Assembly: GCF_009914755.1 (NCBI RefSeq) | Contig: NC_060928.1 | From: the human T2T-CHM13v2.0 reference genome, Homo sapiens | Direction: 5' to 3' (one strand) | DNA: 64,000 nucleotides | Shown: in pieces, positions 1 to 13,045 of the stretch | Position numbering within the stretch: the first letter of the stretch is position 1 | Layout of the letters: every line of letters begins with the position of its first letter | Notes under the pieces: generated by a model | Seen by the model: the letters and a program-made list of their open reading frames with translations, nothing else | What the model was told of the DNA's origin: nothing | The model's database searches: none | Position numbers and translations under genes: made by a program

Positions 1-29
1 AATACAACTCTCAGTTTTGACAAGAATGA

Positions 30-149
30 TTTATTTCATTAATTTTCACGCAATCACATCTCAGTTTGAAGATTCTATTATTTCTATTTTAGAATTTATG
101 CTATTTATTATTTTCTGCTTCTTTCTTTCAAATTAATTTGCCATCTTTT
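30..149 (-). mobile_element. Old L1M (ORF2 region) fragment, left part; continues at ~6751 after the L1MA insertion
   Basis: T-rich antisense L1 ORF2-like text (tttatgctatttattattttctgcttctttc...aattaatttgcc) that resumes collinearly after 6750. Confidence 0.55.
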
Positions 150-3100
150 AAAAATGTTTATGTTTAATTTGCATGGTTACATATATAGTAGATATATATA
201 TTTATGGAATACACAAGATGTTTTAATACAGGCATGCAATGCATAATATTATCATAAAGAATGGAGTATCCATCCCTTCAATTATTTAGCCTTTGTATTA
301 TAAACAATTCAGTTAAACTCTTAGTTATTTTATAGTGTACAATTAAGTTATTATTGACTATAGTTATCCTCTTGTGTTAACCAATACTAGGTCTTATTTG
401 TTCTTTCTATTTTTTTGTACCCATTCACTGTCCCCGGCACCCTGCCGCTCCCACCCTACTATCATTCCCAGCCCCTGGTAACAATCCTTCTACTCTCTAT
501 GTACATAAGTTCAATTGTTTTGATTTGTAGACCCCACACATAGGGGAGAATATGTGACGTTTGCCTTTCTGTGACTGCCTTATTTCACCTAATATAATCA
601 TCTCAAGTTCCATCTATCTTTTTGCAAATGAAAGTATCTCATTCTTTTTTCTGAATGAATAGTACTATATTTTGTATAGGTACCACATTTTCTTTATCCA
701 TTCATCTGTTGATTGACACTAAGGCTGCTTCTAAATCTCGGCTACTGTGGACAGAGCTACAACAAACATGGAAGTGTAGATATCTCTTTCTTTTTTATAT
801 ATCTAGCAATGGGATTACTGGATCATATGATTGCATGATTTTTACTTTTTTGAGTAATATTTTCTCCCACTCTGTGTGTTATCCCTTCACTTTGTTGATT
901 TTTATTTTTGTTGTGCACAAGCTTTTAAACTTGATGTGATCCCATTTGTCCATTTTTGCTTTGGTGGCCTGTGCTTATGGGGTATGACTCAGGAATTTTT
1001 TGGTAAAGACCAGTGTCCTGGAGATTTTCCCCAGTGTTTTCTTGTAGTAGTTTTATAGTCTGAGGTCTTAGATTGAAGCCTTTAATCTATTTTGATTTGA
1101 TTTTTGTATATGGTGACAAATAGAGGTCTAGTTTCATTCTTCTGCTTATGGATATCCAGTTTTCCCAGCAACAGATATTAAAGAGACTGTCTTTTACCCA
1201 ATGTATGTCTTTGGAACCTTTTTGGAAAATCAGTTCACTGCAGGTGTGCGGACTTCTTTCTGGGTTCTCTCTTCTGTCCCCTTGGTTTATGTGTCTGCTT
1301 TTATGCCAGTACCATGCTCTTTTGATTACTGTAGCTCTGTAGTATGATTTGAAGTCAGGTAATGTGATTCCTCCAGTTGTGTACATTTTGCTTAGGATAG
1401 CTTTGGCTTCTCTGGGTCTTTTGTGGCTCCATAATAATTTTAGAATTTTTTTTTCTATTTCTTTGAAGAATATCTTAGTATTTTTGTGGGAATTGCCTCA
1501 AATCTGCAGATTGCTTTGGGCAGTATGGACATTTTAACAATATTGATTCTTTCAATGCATGACCTGGAATATCTTTCCAATTTTTGGTTTGTTTTTCAAT
1601 TTTTTTCATCAGTATTTAATAGTTTTCATAATAGAGATCTTTAACTTCTTTAATTTTGTCACTATTGTAAATAAAATTACTTTTTTATTTCTGTTGATCT
1701 CCTGTATCACATTGAAAAGTTGTATATGTTGAACTATTCTTGCATCCCATGGATGAATCCCACTTGGTCATGATGTATTATCTTTTTAATGTATTATTGA
1801 ATTTGGTTTGCTAGTATTTTGTTGAGGATTTTTGCCCCAATATTCATCAGAAATATTGGCCTTTAGTTATTTTTTAATATGTTTGGTCTGGTTTTGGTAC
1901 CAGGATAGTACTGGCCTCATAGAATGAATTTGAAATTATTCCTGCCGCCTCTATTTTTTGAAGTAGTTTGAGTAGGATCAATATTAATTGTTTTTTAATT
2001 GTTTGGTAGAATTCAACAGTGAAGCCACTGGAATGTGGGCTTTTCTTTAAAGGGAGACATTGTATTATGGCTTCGCTCTCATTATTTGTTACTGGTCTGT
2101 TCAGATTTTGGATATCTTCCTGGTTCAATTTTATAGGTTGTATACATCTAGGAATTTGCCCATTTCTTCTGGATTTTCCAATTTATTGGCATATAGTTGC
2201 TCAGAGTAGCCACTAATGGTCATTTGAATTTCTGTAGTATCAGTTGTAATATATCTGTTTTCATCTCTGATTTTATTTGGGTCTTTTCTCCTTTTTTCTT
2301 AGTCTGGCTAAAGGTTTGTCAATTTTTAAAAAAGCACAACTTTTTCTTTTGTTGCTCTTTTGTATTGTTTTCTTCATTTCAAAGGTGTTTAGGTTGTTTA
2401 CTTGAAGTTTTTCTTTTTTTATGTAGGCAATTAAAAATGTTTTCCTCTTCACACTACTTTTAGTGTATCCTATATGTTTTGGTATGTTGTGTTTCCATTA
2501 TCATTTGTTTCAACTTTTCTAACATTTTCGTCGTAATTTCTTCATTGACCCACTGGTTATTCTGGAACATATTGTTTAATTTTTTCTGTATTCTCACAGT
2601 TTCAAAAATTCCTCTTGTTGCTAATCTCTAGTTTTATTCCATGGTGCTCAAAAAAGATGCTTCATATTATTTCATTTTTGACTATATTAAGACTTAGTGA
2701 CTTAACATATAATTTATCTTTCAGAATAATCCTTGTGCTGAGGATAAGGATGTGTATTCTCCAGTTCTTAGAAGAAATGTTTTGTAAATATCTGTTAGAT
2801 CCATTTGGTCTATATTGCATATTAAGTCCAATGTTTCTATGTTGATTTCTTGTCTGCAAGATGTTCCAATGCTGAAAGGGGCGTGTTGAAATTTCCAGCT
2901 TTTATTGTATTGAGGCCCAAATCTCTCTTTAGCTCTAATAATATTTGTTTTATGTATCTGGGAGCTCCACTCTTGGGTGCGTATATATTTAAAATTGCTA
3001 TATCCTCTCGATTTAATTGACCCTTTTATCATTATATACTAACCTTCTTTGTTTCTTCTTACAGTTTTTGTCTGGATATCTACTTGTCTTACATAAGGAT

Positions 3101-6100
3101 AGCTGCTCCTGGTTCTCTGCTCCTTATTGGTTTCCATTGGCATGGAATATTTTTTTCCATCCCCTTATTTTTAGTCTATCTGTGTCTTTATAGGTGATTT
3201 GTGTTTCTTGTAGGGAACAAATCAATGGATCTTTCTTATTTTTATCCATTCAGCCACTCTATGTCTTTTGATAGAAAGTTTTAGTCCATTTATTCAAAGT
3301 TATAGTTGAGAAGCAAGAACTTCTTCCATTTTGTTATTCGCTTTCTGGTTGTTTTGTGGTGTTCTCTTCTTTCTATCTATCCTTCCTGTCTTCCTTCAGT
3401 GACGGTGATTTTCTTTGGTCATATGATTTAGTTTCTTTCTTTTTATTTCTTTGTGTGACTATTGTATATTTTTGGTTTGTGATTGCATTGAGGCTTGCAA
3501 ATACTATCTTATAACCCATTACTGTAAGATGATAACACTATTTGCATAAACAAAGAAGCAAAAAGAAAACTAATAAAAATTCTACAGCTTAACTTTATCC
3601 CCTCACTTTTTAACTTTTCATTGTTTCTATTTCTATCTTCTTGTACTGTCTATGTTGTTATTATTTTTGATTGGTTCATTGTTTATTCTTTCTACTGAGG
3701 ATAAGCATAGTTTATACATCACAGTTACAGTATTATGGTATTCTGTGTTTTTTTTGTGTACTTACTATAACCAGTGAGTTTTATACCTTTAGGCAATTAC
3801 TTACTCACTAACTTTCTGTTCTTTCTGATTGAAGTACCCCCTTTAGCATTTCTTGTAGGACATGTCTAGTGTTGCATGAAAAACCTCAGCTGATGTTTGT
3901 CTTGGAAAGTCTTTGTTTTTCCTTTATGGTTGAAGGATATTTTCATCAGATATATTATTCTAGGGTAAAATTTTTGTTCCTTCAGCACTTTAAATATGTT
4001 ATGCCACTCTCTTCTGACATGTAAGGGTTCCACTAAAAAGTCTGTTGCCACACATATCGGAGTTTCATTGTATGTTATTTATTTTTTTTTGTCTTGCTGC
4101 TTTTAGAATCCTTTCTTTATCCTTGATCTTTGGGTGTTTGATAATTAAATGCCTGGCTATAGTCTTCTCTAGGTTAAATCTGCTTTGTGTTCTATGACCT
4201 TCTTGGTCTTGAATTTGGTATCTTTCTACAAGTTAGGGAAGTTTACTGTTTTTTTTTTTTTGAATAAACTTCCTAGCCCTATCTTGTTCTCTACCTCCCT
4301 TTTAAGTCCTATAACTCTTAGATTTTCCCTTTTAAGGCTATTTTCTATATCCTGTAAGCATGTTTCATTGTTTTATCATTCTTTTTTCTTTTGTCTTTTC
4401 TGAGTGTGTTTTTTCAGGTAGCCTGTCTTTAAGCTTATTAATTCTTTCTTCTGCTTGATCAATTATGCTATTAAAAGACTCTTATGCATTCTTCAGCATG
4501 CCAATTGTATTTTTGAGCTCTGGAATTTCTGCTTAATTGTTTTAAATAATTTTAATCTCTTTGTTAAATTCCTGTGATAGAATCATGAACCCTTTCTCTG
4601 TGTTATCTTAAATTTCTTTGAGTTTCCTCAACCCAGCTACTTTGAATTCTCTTTCTGAAAGGTCACATATCTCTGTTTCTCCAGGGTTGGTCTCTGGTGG
4701 CTTATTTAGTTAATTTGGTGAAGTCATATTTTCCTGGATGCTGTTGATGCTGGTAGATGTTCTTTAGTGTCTGGGCATTCAACAGTTAGATATTTATTGC
4801 AGCCTTCACTGTCTGGGCTTTTTGTATCTATCCTTCTTGGAAAGGCTTTCCAGATATTCAAAAGGACTTCAATGTTGTGTTCTAAGCTCTATCTCCTTTG
4901 GGGGCACCCGAAGCCCCATAACACTGTGGTTCTTGCAAACTTGTACAGGTACCTTCTTGCTGGTCCTGGACAAGATCTGGGAGGATTCTCTGGATTTCCA
5001 GTCAGAGATTGTTGTTCTGTTCCCTTACTTTCTCCAAAATGAAAAAAAAAAAAAAGTCTCGCTTTCTCTGTTCTGAGCACCTGGAGCTGGGGTTGGAATG
5101 ATGTAAGCACCCTTGTGGGGCCACCACTGTGACTATGCTGGGTCAAACCTGATGCCAGCACAGCACTGAAACTCACCCAAGGCCTATTCTAGCCACTCCC
5201 TGGCTACTGCTTATGTTTGCTTAAGGCCCTGGGGCTCCACAATCAGCAGGTGGGAATGTCAGCCAGGCCTGTGTCATTTCCTCCAGGCAACAAGTTACTA
5301 GAGTCTCTAAGCAGGTTCAGAGGTGCTATCCAGGAGCCAGGGTCTAAAGTAAAAAAATTTTAGAAATCTACCTGGTATCCTGTTGTACTGTGCCTGAGCT
5401 GGCACTCAAACCACAAGTCACAATTCTTCCCATTCTTGCCTCCTCTTTCCAAAGGCATAGGAGCCTCACTCATGGCCACTGCCACCACAGATCCACAGGG
5501 AGTGCTGCCAACTTGTGAATGCTGCCTGGCCTGGGACTTACCTTTCAGGGAACTGTGCTTTCCTCTGGCTTAAGGCAGGTCCAGGAATACCATCCAAGTG
5601 CCAAGTTCTGGAATTGGGGACCCCAAGAGCCTGCTGGGTGCTCTAACCCCCTGTGGCTGAGGTAGTATTTAAGGTGCAAGATAAAGTCCTTTTTACTTTT
5701 CTTCTGCTTTTCTGAAGTAGAGTGGGTTTTGTCCCATAGCCACCACAGCTGGTAATGGGCTGATTACTTACCTGAAGCCAGCAAGTCTCAAAACCTCACC
5801 CAACACCCTTGATGTAGTATTCAGCTATCACTGCTGCTTATTCAGGGCCCAAGGACTCTTCAGTGAGCAAGTAATACATCCTGCCAGTACTGGGCTCTTC
5901 CCTTCAAGGCAGCAGGTTCCCTTCTGGCCCAGGGTGTGTCTAGAAATGTCATCAGGAGCTAGCACCTGGAAAGAGGGCCTCTTGACTCTGATCAGTGCCC
6001 TATCCTGCTGTGGCTGAGCTGGTGTCCAACACGCAATACAACGTCCTTCCCACTCTTCCCTCTACTCTCCTCAGGGGGAAGAAAGGGGTGTCTTTTCATG

Positions 6101-6750
6101 CTGCAAGCAGTACAGCCTGGGGTTAGGGGAGGGGTGACAACAGCACTCCCTTACCTCCCCAGCTAGTGTCCAGTAGGTTGCATCCGCTCCCACCCAAGTC
6201 CACTGTCTCTGGGCCAAGTTCAGCACTAGGAGTCATGTAAAACTTGCCATCCTTGTAGCCTAGACTGCCTTTCAAGTTTATTAGGGCCCCAGAGCACTTT
6301 AGCCTTCAGTGGCAGGGCTTGTGGGAACTAATGTTGCGACCACGTCATCGGCAGTTCCGCTCTGGCTAGGGCTGGTTTAAATGCTCCCTCAGTTGGTGGG
6401 CATCAGTTGATTTTGGTCCAGTTTTCCTTTCTGCTATAACAAGGCAGCGCTAAGTTCAATTTCATAATTGCTGTGCTGTCCATCCAGTAGCACCCAGAGA
6501 TGCCGTCTGCACTATGCAGCAACTTTTGGGGGGTAAGGGCGGGTGGCGTCGGTGATTCAAGTCTGTTTCTTTTCTACCACTTCAGTGCATCTTTCAGTGA
6601 TCTGAAGTTAAAAACCAGGTACTATGAGTGCTCACCTGATTTTTAGTTCTTATAAAGGTGGTTTTCTTATGTGATAGTTGTTAAATTCGTTTCCTTGGGG
6701 TGGGAATGATAATGGAGTCTTCTATTCTGCCATCTTGCTTTGCTTTCTCC
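150..6750 (-). mobile_element. Near full-length, internally deleted LINE-1 (L1MA1-3-type 3' end, L1M1-type 5' region)
   Basis: 3' UTR motif (tacaggcatgcaatg...aatggagtatccatccc). Minus-strand ORF fragments match L1 ORF2p ([25 protein letters not shown] at 1087-1386; NLNRPVT...FYEAS at 1874-2128; endonuclease-region pieces at 2662-3032) and ORF1p (RREWHNIFKVLKE...FYPRIIY at 3866-4051). GC-richer 5' UTR ends at tctgccatcttgc. Degenerate flanking repeat taatttgccatc/taatctgctatt. Confidence 0.93.
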
Positions 6751-7900
6751 TAATCTGCTATTTCACTAATTTCTTAGAACAAGCTTCTGTGGTGAACTAA
6801 AGGCCTTACAAGATCTGTCTACACCAATAACTTCTTGAGGTAGATGCTTACATAACTAATTTTCAGACTTTCTTCTCTTTAAATATATGCATTTGAAGGT
6901 AAATTGGTTTTCTGTTCATGGCCTTAATATCTTTCCACTGTTATGTTTTCATTGTCTTTTAGTTCAAAAGCCTTCCTAATTTCAATTATAACTAAGCCTC
7001 CAATATAATTATAACTAATTTGACTCATGGGTTACTTAGAAATGTATTACATAACTTCCAAAAATATATCAAAGAATTTTCAAATTATCTATTCGTTATT
7101 GGTTTTCTGGTTAATCTTCTGGTGGTCAGAGATCATAGCCTGATGATTTCAATGTTTTTGAAGATGTTTGAGATATGCTTTATGACCCATGTGCATAAAT
7201 TTTTAAAATGTTTAATGTGGTTTTGAAAATAAAATATGTTGGCAGTTATTGGGAATAATCTTAGGAATATTAGGCAGGTCCATTTTTTAAATTTTATTTT
7301 AAATATTTTCTGCTTTTTTTTTTTGTTCATTCAAGCTATGAGTAACAGAAGCTTGTTAATATCACTCACTCTGCAAATAGGTTTGTCTATTTGTTCCTTT
7401 ACATATGTCCCTCTTATTTGAGGACTATTTTATCAATACACAAAATTTAATTGTTTTTTAACTTTTCTGATGTATTGACCCTATCATTATTATAAAATAT
7501 AAATTTTAATCCAATAATACTTTGATATTAGAATAAGTGGGCCTTTTTTATTTTGGTTGCTTTCATATGGAATGCTCTTTTCCATCCATTTACTGTGTAC
7601 GTTTCTGTATCTTTTCTTTTTAGATCTGGAGTAATTTCCAAGGCTTCCCCCTATTGGAAGTTACTGAACTCCAGTTTTTCTCCTCTGAGCCATGTGAAAT
7701 TACTCAAATTCTGAGACTCTCAGATATGATTTTTGAAAAGACAAATGCTTCAAGAGAAAACACAGTTTCAAATATTGAACTCACTCCTCTGTGTTTCACT
7801 TGGTCTGAGAGTTTGACTCATCAGTTTTTACTGTCTTGGTAGCTCTTCTACTTTTTCCAAATAGATATATTTGGTTTGTCTAGCCCCAGCAGATTTGGCC
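6751..7900 (-). mobile_element. Old L1M (L1MC/ME-age) fragments, right part of the element interrupted by the L1MA
   Basis: Antisense L1 ORF2 motifs (tttgactcatgggttacttagaaatgt; tggtggtcagagatcatagcctg; tattgaccctatcattattataaaat). Confidence 0.7.
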
Positions 7901-7989
7901 TGTAATGAACTACACTGCTACTGACATTAATAAAAATTATCCTTTTATTCTACTTTTTATATATCAGGTTGCACGATCATATTACATGG

Positions 7990-8590
7990 ACATTCATATC
8001 ATTCTGCTCATAATTGGCCCATGGCTTCCCATTACAGAATAGAAGCACCTGTCCCCAGGAGGTGTACAGGACCTTACAAGGCCTGCTGGTGTCAATACCC
8101 CTCTGAGCATATCTTTCTGCTTTCTCCTTCCTCAGACTGCTCTAGTCTTTTGTCCCTCTGTCATTCCTAGGACATGCTAGGCATCTCCTAACACATTTTA
8201 GGCATACTTTGTACTTGTTCTTCTATGCAAAAAAAAAAAAAAAAAACGAAAAAAAAACTTTATTCTCAGTTATTCTGAAAATTGTCTGCCCTACATATGT
8301 TTGTGTTAAATCAAATATCAAAAAGGTATTTCTTGACCAGTAATATAGAAAAGCTGTGACCCTACCTTTTCATACCAAACATCACCTAACCTCTACCCTA
8401 CTTTATTTTTCTCTTTATAACTTATATCCACCTAATATATTTCATGATTTATTTTATTCTTTCTTCCTCTCACAGAATGCAATCTTTCTGAGACCCAGGA
8501 TTTGATTCTCTGTTTTAGTATCTTATCTATCCACGGAAGCTAGAACAGCACCTCTCACAGAGTAGCACTCCATAAATATATGTTGAATAT
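7990..8590 (+). mobile_element. L2 LINE 3' portion
   Basis: catggcttcccatt ... cagaatgcaatctttctgagacccagga ... ctagaacagcacct...cactccataaatatatgttgaat, the L2 3' terminus. Confidence 0.8.
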
Positions 8591-8939
8591 GTTGTTATAC
8601 TACTAAAATATTTACTTAATCAAAACTTTGTTTAAGTTCTTTCTTACTTGCGTAATTATGAGGAATACACAAGGAACAACTTAAAAAAAAACAAATTCAG
8701 TGCACATGCTAAATATCTAAATATATAGTATATTTAGAGCTTCCTTAATTGAAGAGTATGCAGAATATATGTGATTTTTCTAAATTGTTTTATTATGAAT
8801 CTGAACCACTATTATCATATTGCAACATTTAAGATATTTAGTAATTTCGTTTAAATTAAGTGTTTCCTCAGTTAATAAAAATGAGACCTCTTTTTTTTTT
8901 TTGTAAATGGAGATTAAAAAGTAGGAGCAAGGCAAAAAT

Positions 8940-9150
8940 ATCTCAATGGTACTATTTCTGAGCCCAGCATTTTTTCAAGATTTTACCTTGTTAACTCATC
9001 TTATCCTCCTGCCAATACACTGAGGGCGATATTATTATAATTATGCTATTACCCCCATTTTATAGGAAGAAAATTAAGACAGGCAGATTAAATAATTTGA
9101 CCAAATTCATATACCTTGTAAGAAGTTGAGGCTCCCAGATAACTATGTCC
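8940..9150 (-). mobile_element. MIR SINE
   Basis: Antisense MIR core cccattttataggaagaaaattaagacaggcagattaaataatttgaccaa. Confidence 0.8.
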
Positions 9151-9419
9151 AGAGACATAGAAGCAGACATTTACAAGACATATCCTTGTGAACACAAGTG
9201 ATGTTGTTTTATTTGTTAAATAATAGAAATACAAAAGTTACCTTAGGTAATGAAGTAAAAAACAGACAAAAAAGAAATCTTTTAAGTTAAGTTATACATT
9301 TATAAGTCTAGAAAGCAGAAAACTCAGTGGTCAAATGATGTGTAGTCACATGAAAGAAGAATTAGATTTTTCCCCTGTGTGGCACCAATGAATATGATAG
9401 AAGTAATAAGGGGAAGTAG

Positions 9420-9647
9420 CACAGAAATAAAAATAAATCACACTGAACTTTCTAACATACAGAGCTATCCAGAGGAAATAGGCTTCTTTAAGAATCATGA
9501 GCCTCCTTTAATCTAAGACTTTCAAATGAGCTGATGGACCACTAAGTATAACGAGGAGAAAATCAAGAGCAACTGGGCTTATAGGCCACATACATTTAGC
9601 CACTATCAGCAATAGCTTCCGCAGTCAGGAGATTCTATGATTATGAA
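9420..9647 (+). mobile_element. L3/CR1 3' end relic
   Basis: gaactttctaacatacagagctatccag ... gattctatgattatg terminal motif. Confidence 0.6.
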
Positions 9648-10029
9648 TACTGGCACATTAGCTAATGTTTCATATTCTTACTGATCCGTTACATTGCACT
9701 TGAAATATTGGTTTTCCCAGAGAAATAATATCTGAGTTGGAAGCATTACTGAAGATCATCAAACACTGCATTTTTGCCAAATGTTAAGTACAAGAAATAC
9801 TGTATTTTTGTGTTATGCTTTGTAGTCAATAATAAAAGCCATAAAAATGATTAAACCATTGGAAAAGTAGAGTCCCTGAAGAAATATGAAAAACAACATA
9901 TATCTAAGAAAAGAGCAAGCTGAGGAGAAGCATGAGGGAAACATTAAACATTAAAAGATGAAACAAAAACTCATAAAGAAATACTAAAATAATTTTTTAT
10001 TTTGTCTATTCACCCCCTTCCCTTAGTGA

Positions 10030-10535
10030 CAGATAATTTAGGTTGTGATTAGATTTATAAAGAAAGATTTAATGTATAAAGAATTGGCAAACATCAGATA
10101 AGGGGCAAATGCAAAGTAAATTATTAGGTACCCGAATAGCAGATACTAAGAGAATATTAAGGGTGTACAGAAAAACCAAACTAGCGTATACTCTGATTAT
10201 GAGAAAATTATCTCTAACAGATCCCCAGTAGCTACTAACTCTATGAATAACTCTATCAACTTCCTAGTATCCAGTCTCTGAAGGGAAGAGGCTCAACTTC
10301 TCCCATGTGTTTATGGTTAGGGAGCAAGAGGGTTATGGTGGCTCTAAAGTGTATCAAGCTCTTGCAACCAAGATTTGAAAATTCATGAAGTTGTGGAGTT
10401 AATCTAGGCACTCCACACCACTCCCTACTATTGACTCTGCTCAGTATCCTCAGATCTGGCCAATAAAACCAGCTCAATTGATCAGGACACATCTGCAATC
10501 ACAGCCACCATCTTCAATATCACAGCCAGCCACAA
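10030..10535. mobile_element. Possible ancient ERVL-class LTR relic(s)
   Basis: Locally GC-richer, LTR-like text with aataaaaccagct near 10461; family not recognised. Confidence 0.25.
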
Positions 10536-11177
10536 GATCTTAAAAAGGAATAGGCAACTGCTACCTGTGGGTACCAAACTGTAGCCAAAAACATGGCTGT
10601 ATATGGATGGGTAGCTAAGCTGGCTCTTTGGCTAGCTTAGTGTCTAGCTTAATTATACAGGCTCAACTTGGCTATTTCATTAACTCAAAATTCAAAAATC
10701 TCTTTTTTTTGTGATTAAAAATTTGAAGACCTCTTGTCATGTTGGAATAGAGTTGTCCTGTACCTAAACTGGAGCCCCTTCTGAAGTAGACGTCACATGC
10801 ATGATCTTGCATGTCTTAGCGATACTTATTTTTTAAGTATGCAGTTGTTAAATTTGTTATTCAAATAGTAAGAGAGAGAGACATAAGTGAACATGAAAAA
10901 TTATGTTCATCAACAATAATTACACTTTTGTCTATTTACTACATTAATACTTCCAGTACAGACAGCCAAATGGTTACTTGGTGGATTTTCTTGTGAAGTT
11001 CTTAAAAATGCTACATGGCGATTTTGATTGTTTATATAATTTAAGCATTCCAATACAAATGAAAGTATTGTGACTTCACACTGCATCATTGATGTATATG
11101 TTTTGATATATGAAGACAACAGTCTCACTATATTCGAAGCACTCCATTGGTAAACAGTACCCTATATTATGAACAGC

Positions 11178-11490
11178 TTTGACAAATGTAAAAACATCTA
11201 GGAGGTTAATAAACAAGGAAAGGACTTAGGATATAATGGCTTATAATGATAAGTGGAGAAACTTAAGGGACTTTAACTTAGAAACATGATAAATACTTTC
11301 AAATCACTGAAGTTCCTTTGCACAGAAGAATGAATTTTGTGTTCATTCGAATTAGAAAAGCCATGATAAATAAGCAGATATTCCAGGGAGCAAGATTTTG
11401 ATTTTTATTAGGAAGAACTAAATACTAGAACTCATTGAAAATGGGAGTTTCCAGAAGCATCCACACTAAATTTTAGTGACAACTTGTTTG
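11178..11490 (+). mobile_element. L3/CR1 LINE fragment
   Basis: Collinear with L3 consensus (gacaaa...catctaggagg; acatgataaatactttcaaat; cagggagcaagatttt...taggaagaact). Confidence 0.7.
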
Positions 11491-12502
11491 ATGCAATTAT
11501 ACTACTGTGGGTTGTAGATTGAACCAGTTTTTACTAGTATTGTGTTTAACTCCAAGTTAGTGCTATTTTCTGAAGAATGTTTCATAAGAATGAGACTGGA
11601 ATTAAAGTAGCTAAATCCACTTAAGTTACAACTAGGGAGTATATAAAGAACATAGAGGAAAAGCACTTTGTTTTCCTTGAAGGCAACAGAAAAATGAAAA
11701 CAAAACAAAACAAGATTTGATGATAGCTATATTAGAAAACTGCACTACATGAAGTCACAAGACTTGCACTTAATTTTTATAAAATGAAGTAAGATTTGAT
11801 TCTAAGCATAGTAGAACTGCTGAAGTTTATTACGTGCTTTTGACAATAACAATTTTAGCATTGGTTCAGTTCATACAAGGAGAACATAAAGAACATTTCA
11901 TGAGGTAAAAAATCAGTTTTTGGGTAGGGGGAAAAATAAGCCCAACTTGTTGCAATACTTTTTGAATTATGGAAATTAAATTTGATCTATGGTGGCCTTG
12001 AATTGCCAGGTAAAGATTAGGACATGTTAATATAGATAAAGAGATCTTGTGAAGATTACTAAATATCATGTTTGGTTATTTATCAGATACTTAGCTAAAC
12101 TTCCCAAAATGACTATGACAAAATTTTCACATGGTCTCATTTAAATGTCTACTATATATAAATTACAATAATCAAAGAACATAGATGAAAATTTAGTAAG
12201 TAGTTAGAATGAAACACTGTATAGGTTTCTCTCCTGCTCTCTATCTCTTCTGCTTGTTTGAATTCACCAGAAACTGAAGAACAGTAGTCATTTGACAAAT
12301 GTTTGTTAAATGACCATTGAATAAGTGGATTCACTTATCTTTGCAAATGGGCTTTAAATAAATAAAATATAGGCTGATTGGCAAATAATCTCAGATAAAA
12401 CCCAGCTTAATTATCAATTTTAAGCCAGAAGCCTTTTGGTTTTCAAATAACCTCACTACAAATGTGTATGCCGTAACACTAGTTTTCAATACCACTTTAT
12501 AC

Positions 12503-12552
12503 TATAAATTGGTGCAAAAGTAATTGCGATTTTAGAACTGCAATATAATATA
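12503..12552. mobile_element. MADE1 (Hsmar1 mariner MITE), internally deleted
   Basis: ttggtgcaaaagtaattgcga matches the Hsmar1/MADE1 TIR; the second arm is reduced to aactgcaat..taata. Confidence 0.75.
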
Positions 12553-12644
12553 ATCTGTATAACACTAATATAATCAGTGTTCTGTGGCAGTGAATGAGTG
12601 TTCTTTGCTGCTGTTATTGTTGCTTTCATTGTGGAATCCTCTTT

Positions 12645-13045
12645 TAGTGAATTTTTACTGAGATAATGCTGCTCTCAGAATTTCAATGACTTATAACAAC
12701 TTACATTCATTTTTCATTCCAAGACCTGTGGATCAGATGCCAAAGCTCTGCTCCAGGCTGCAGGTTTGGTTCTGGTCTACTCCTTATGTTCTCATTTATC
12801 CACCCAGGCAGAAAAGTCAACTTCTGCTTGTTGTGTGCTTTTCTTACTGCAGATGAGAGTGGCCAAGAGGCTAAGCCATATCCAGCAAGAGCCCAAACTT
12901 GATACATGTCATGCCTTCTGACAATCCACTTGCTCAAAGCAAATCACAAAACCAAGTATGATGTTCACAGGGTGGGGAAGTATATTCCTCAAATGGGGCT
13001 TTGGGGCTGATGAACATTGTCTTCTCATTAATCCCATCAAACAAA
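12645..13045 (-). mobile_element. MLT1 (K/L-type) MaLR solo LTR
   Basis: aatttcaatgacttataacaac; gctctgctccaggctgcagg; ccacttgctcaaagcaaatcaca; cagggtggggaagtatattcctc. Confidence 0.75.

Noticed and set aside
1087-4051. ORFs with L1 ORF1p/ORF2p similarity
   Set aside because: Short frameshifted pieces of a dead L1MA with internal deletions; not functional CDS
10795-10815. Short quasi-palindrome acatgcatgatcttgcatgt (and similar ones near 10615, 32820, 44752, 52397)
   Set aside because: Stems of 10 bp or less are expected by chance in 64 kb
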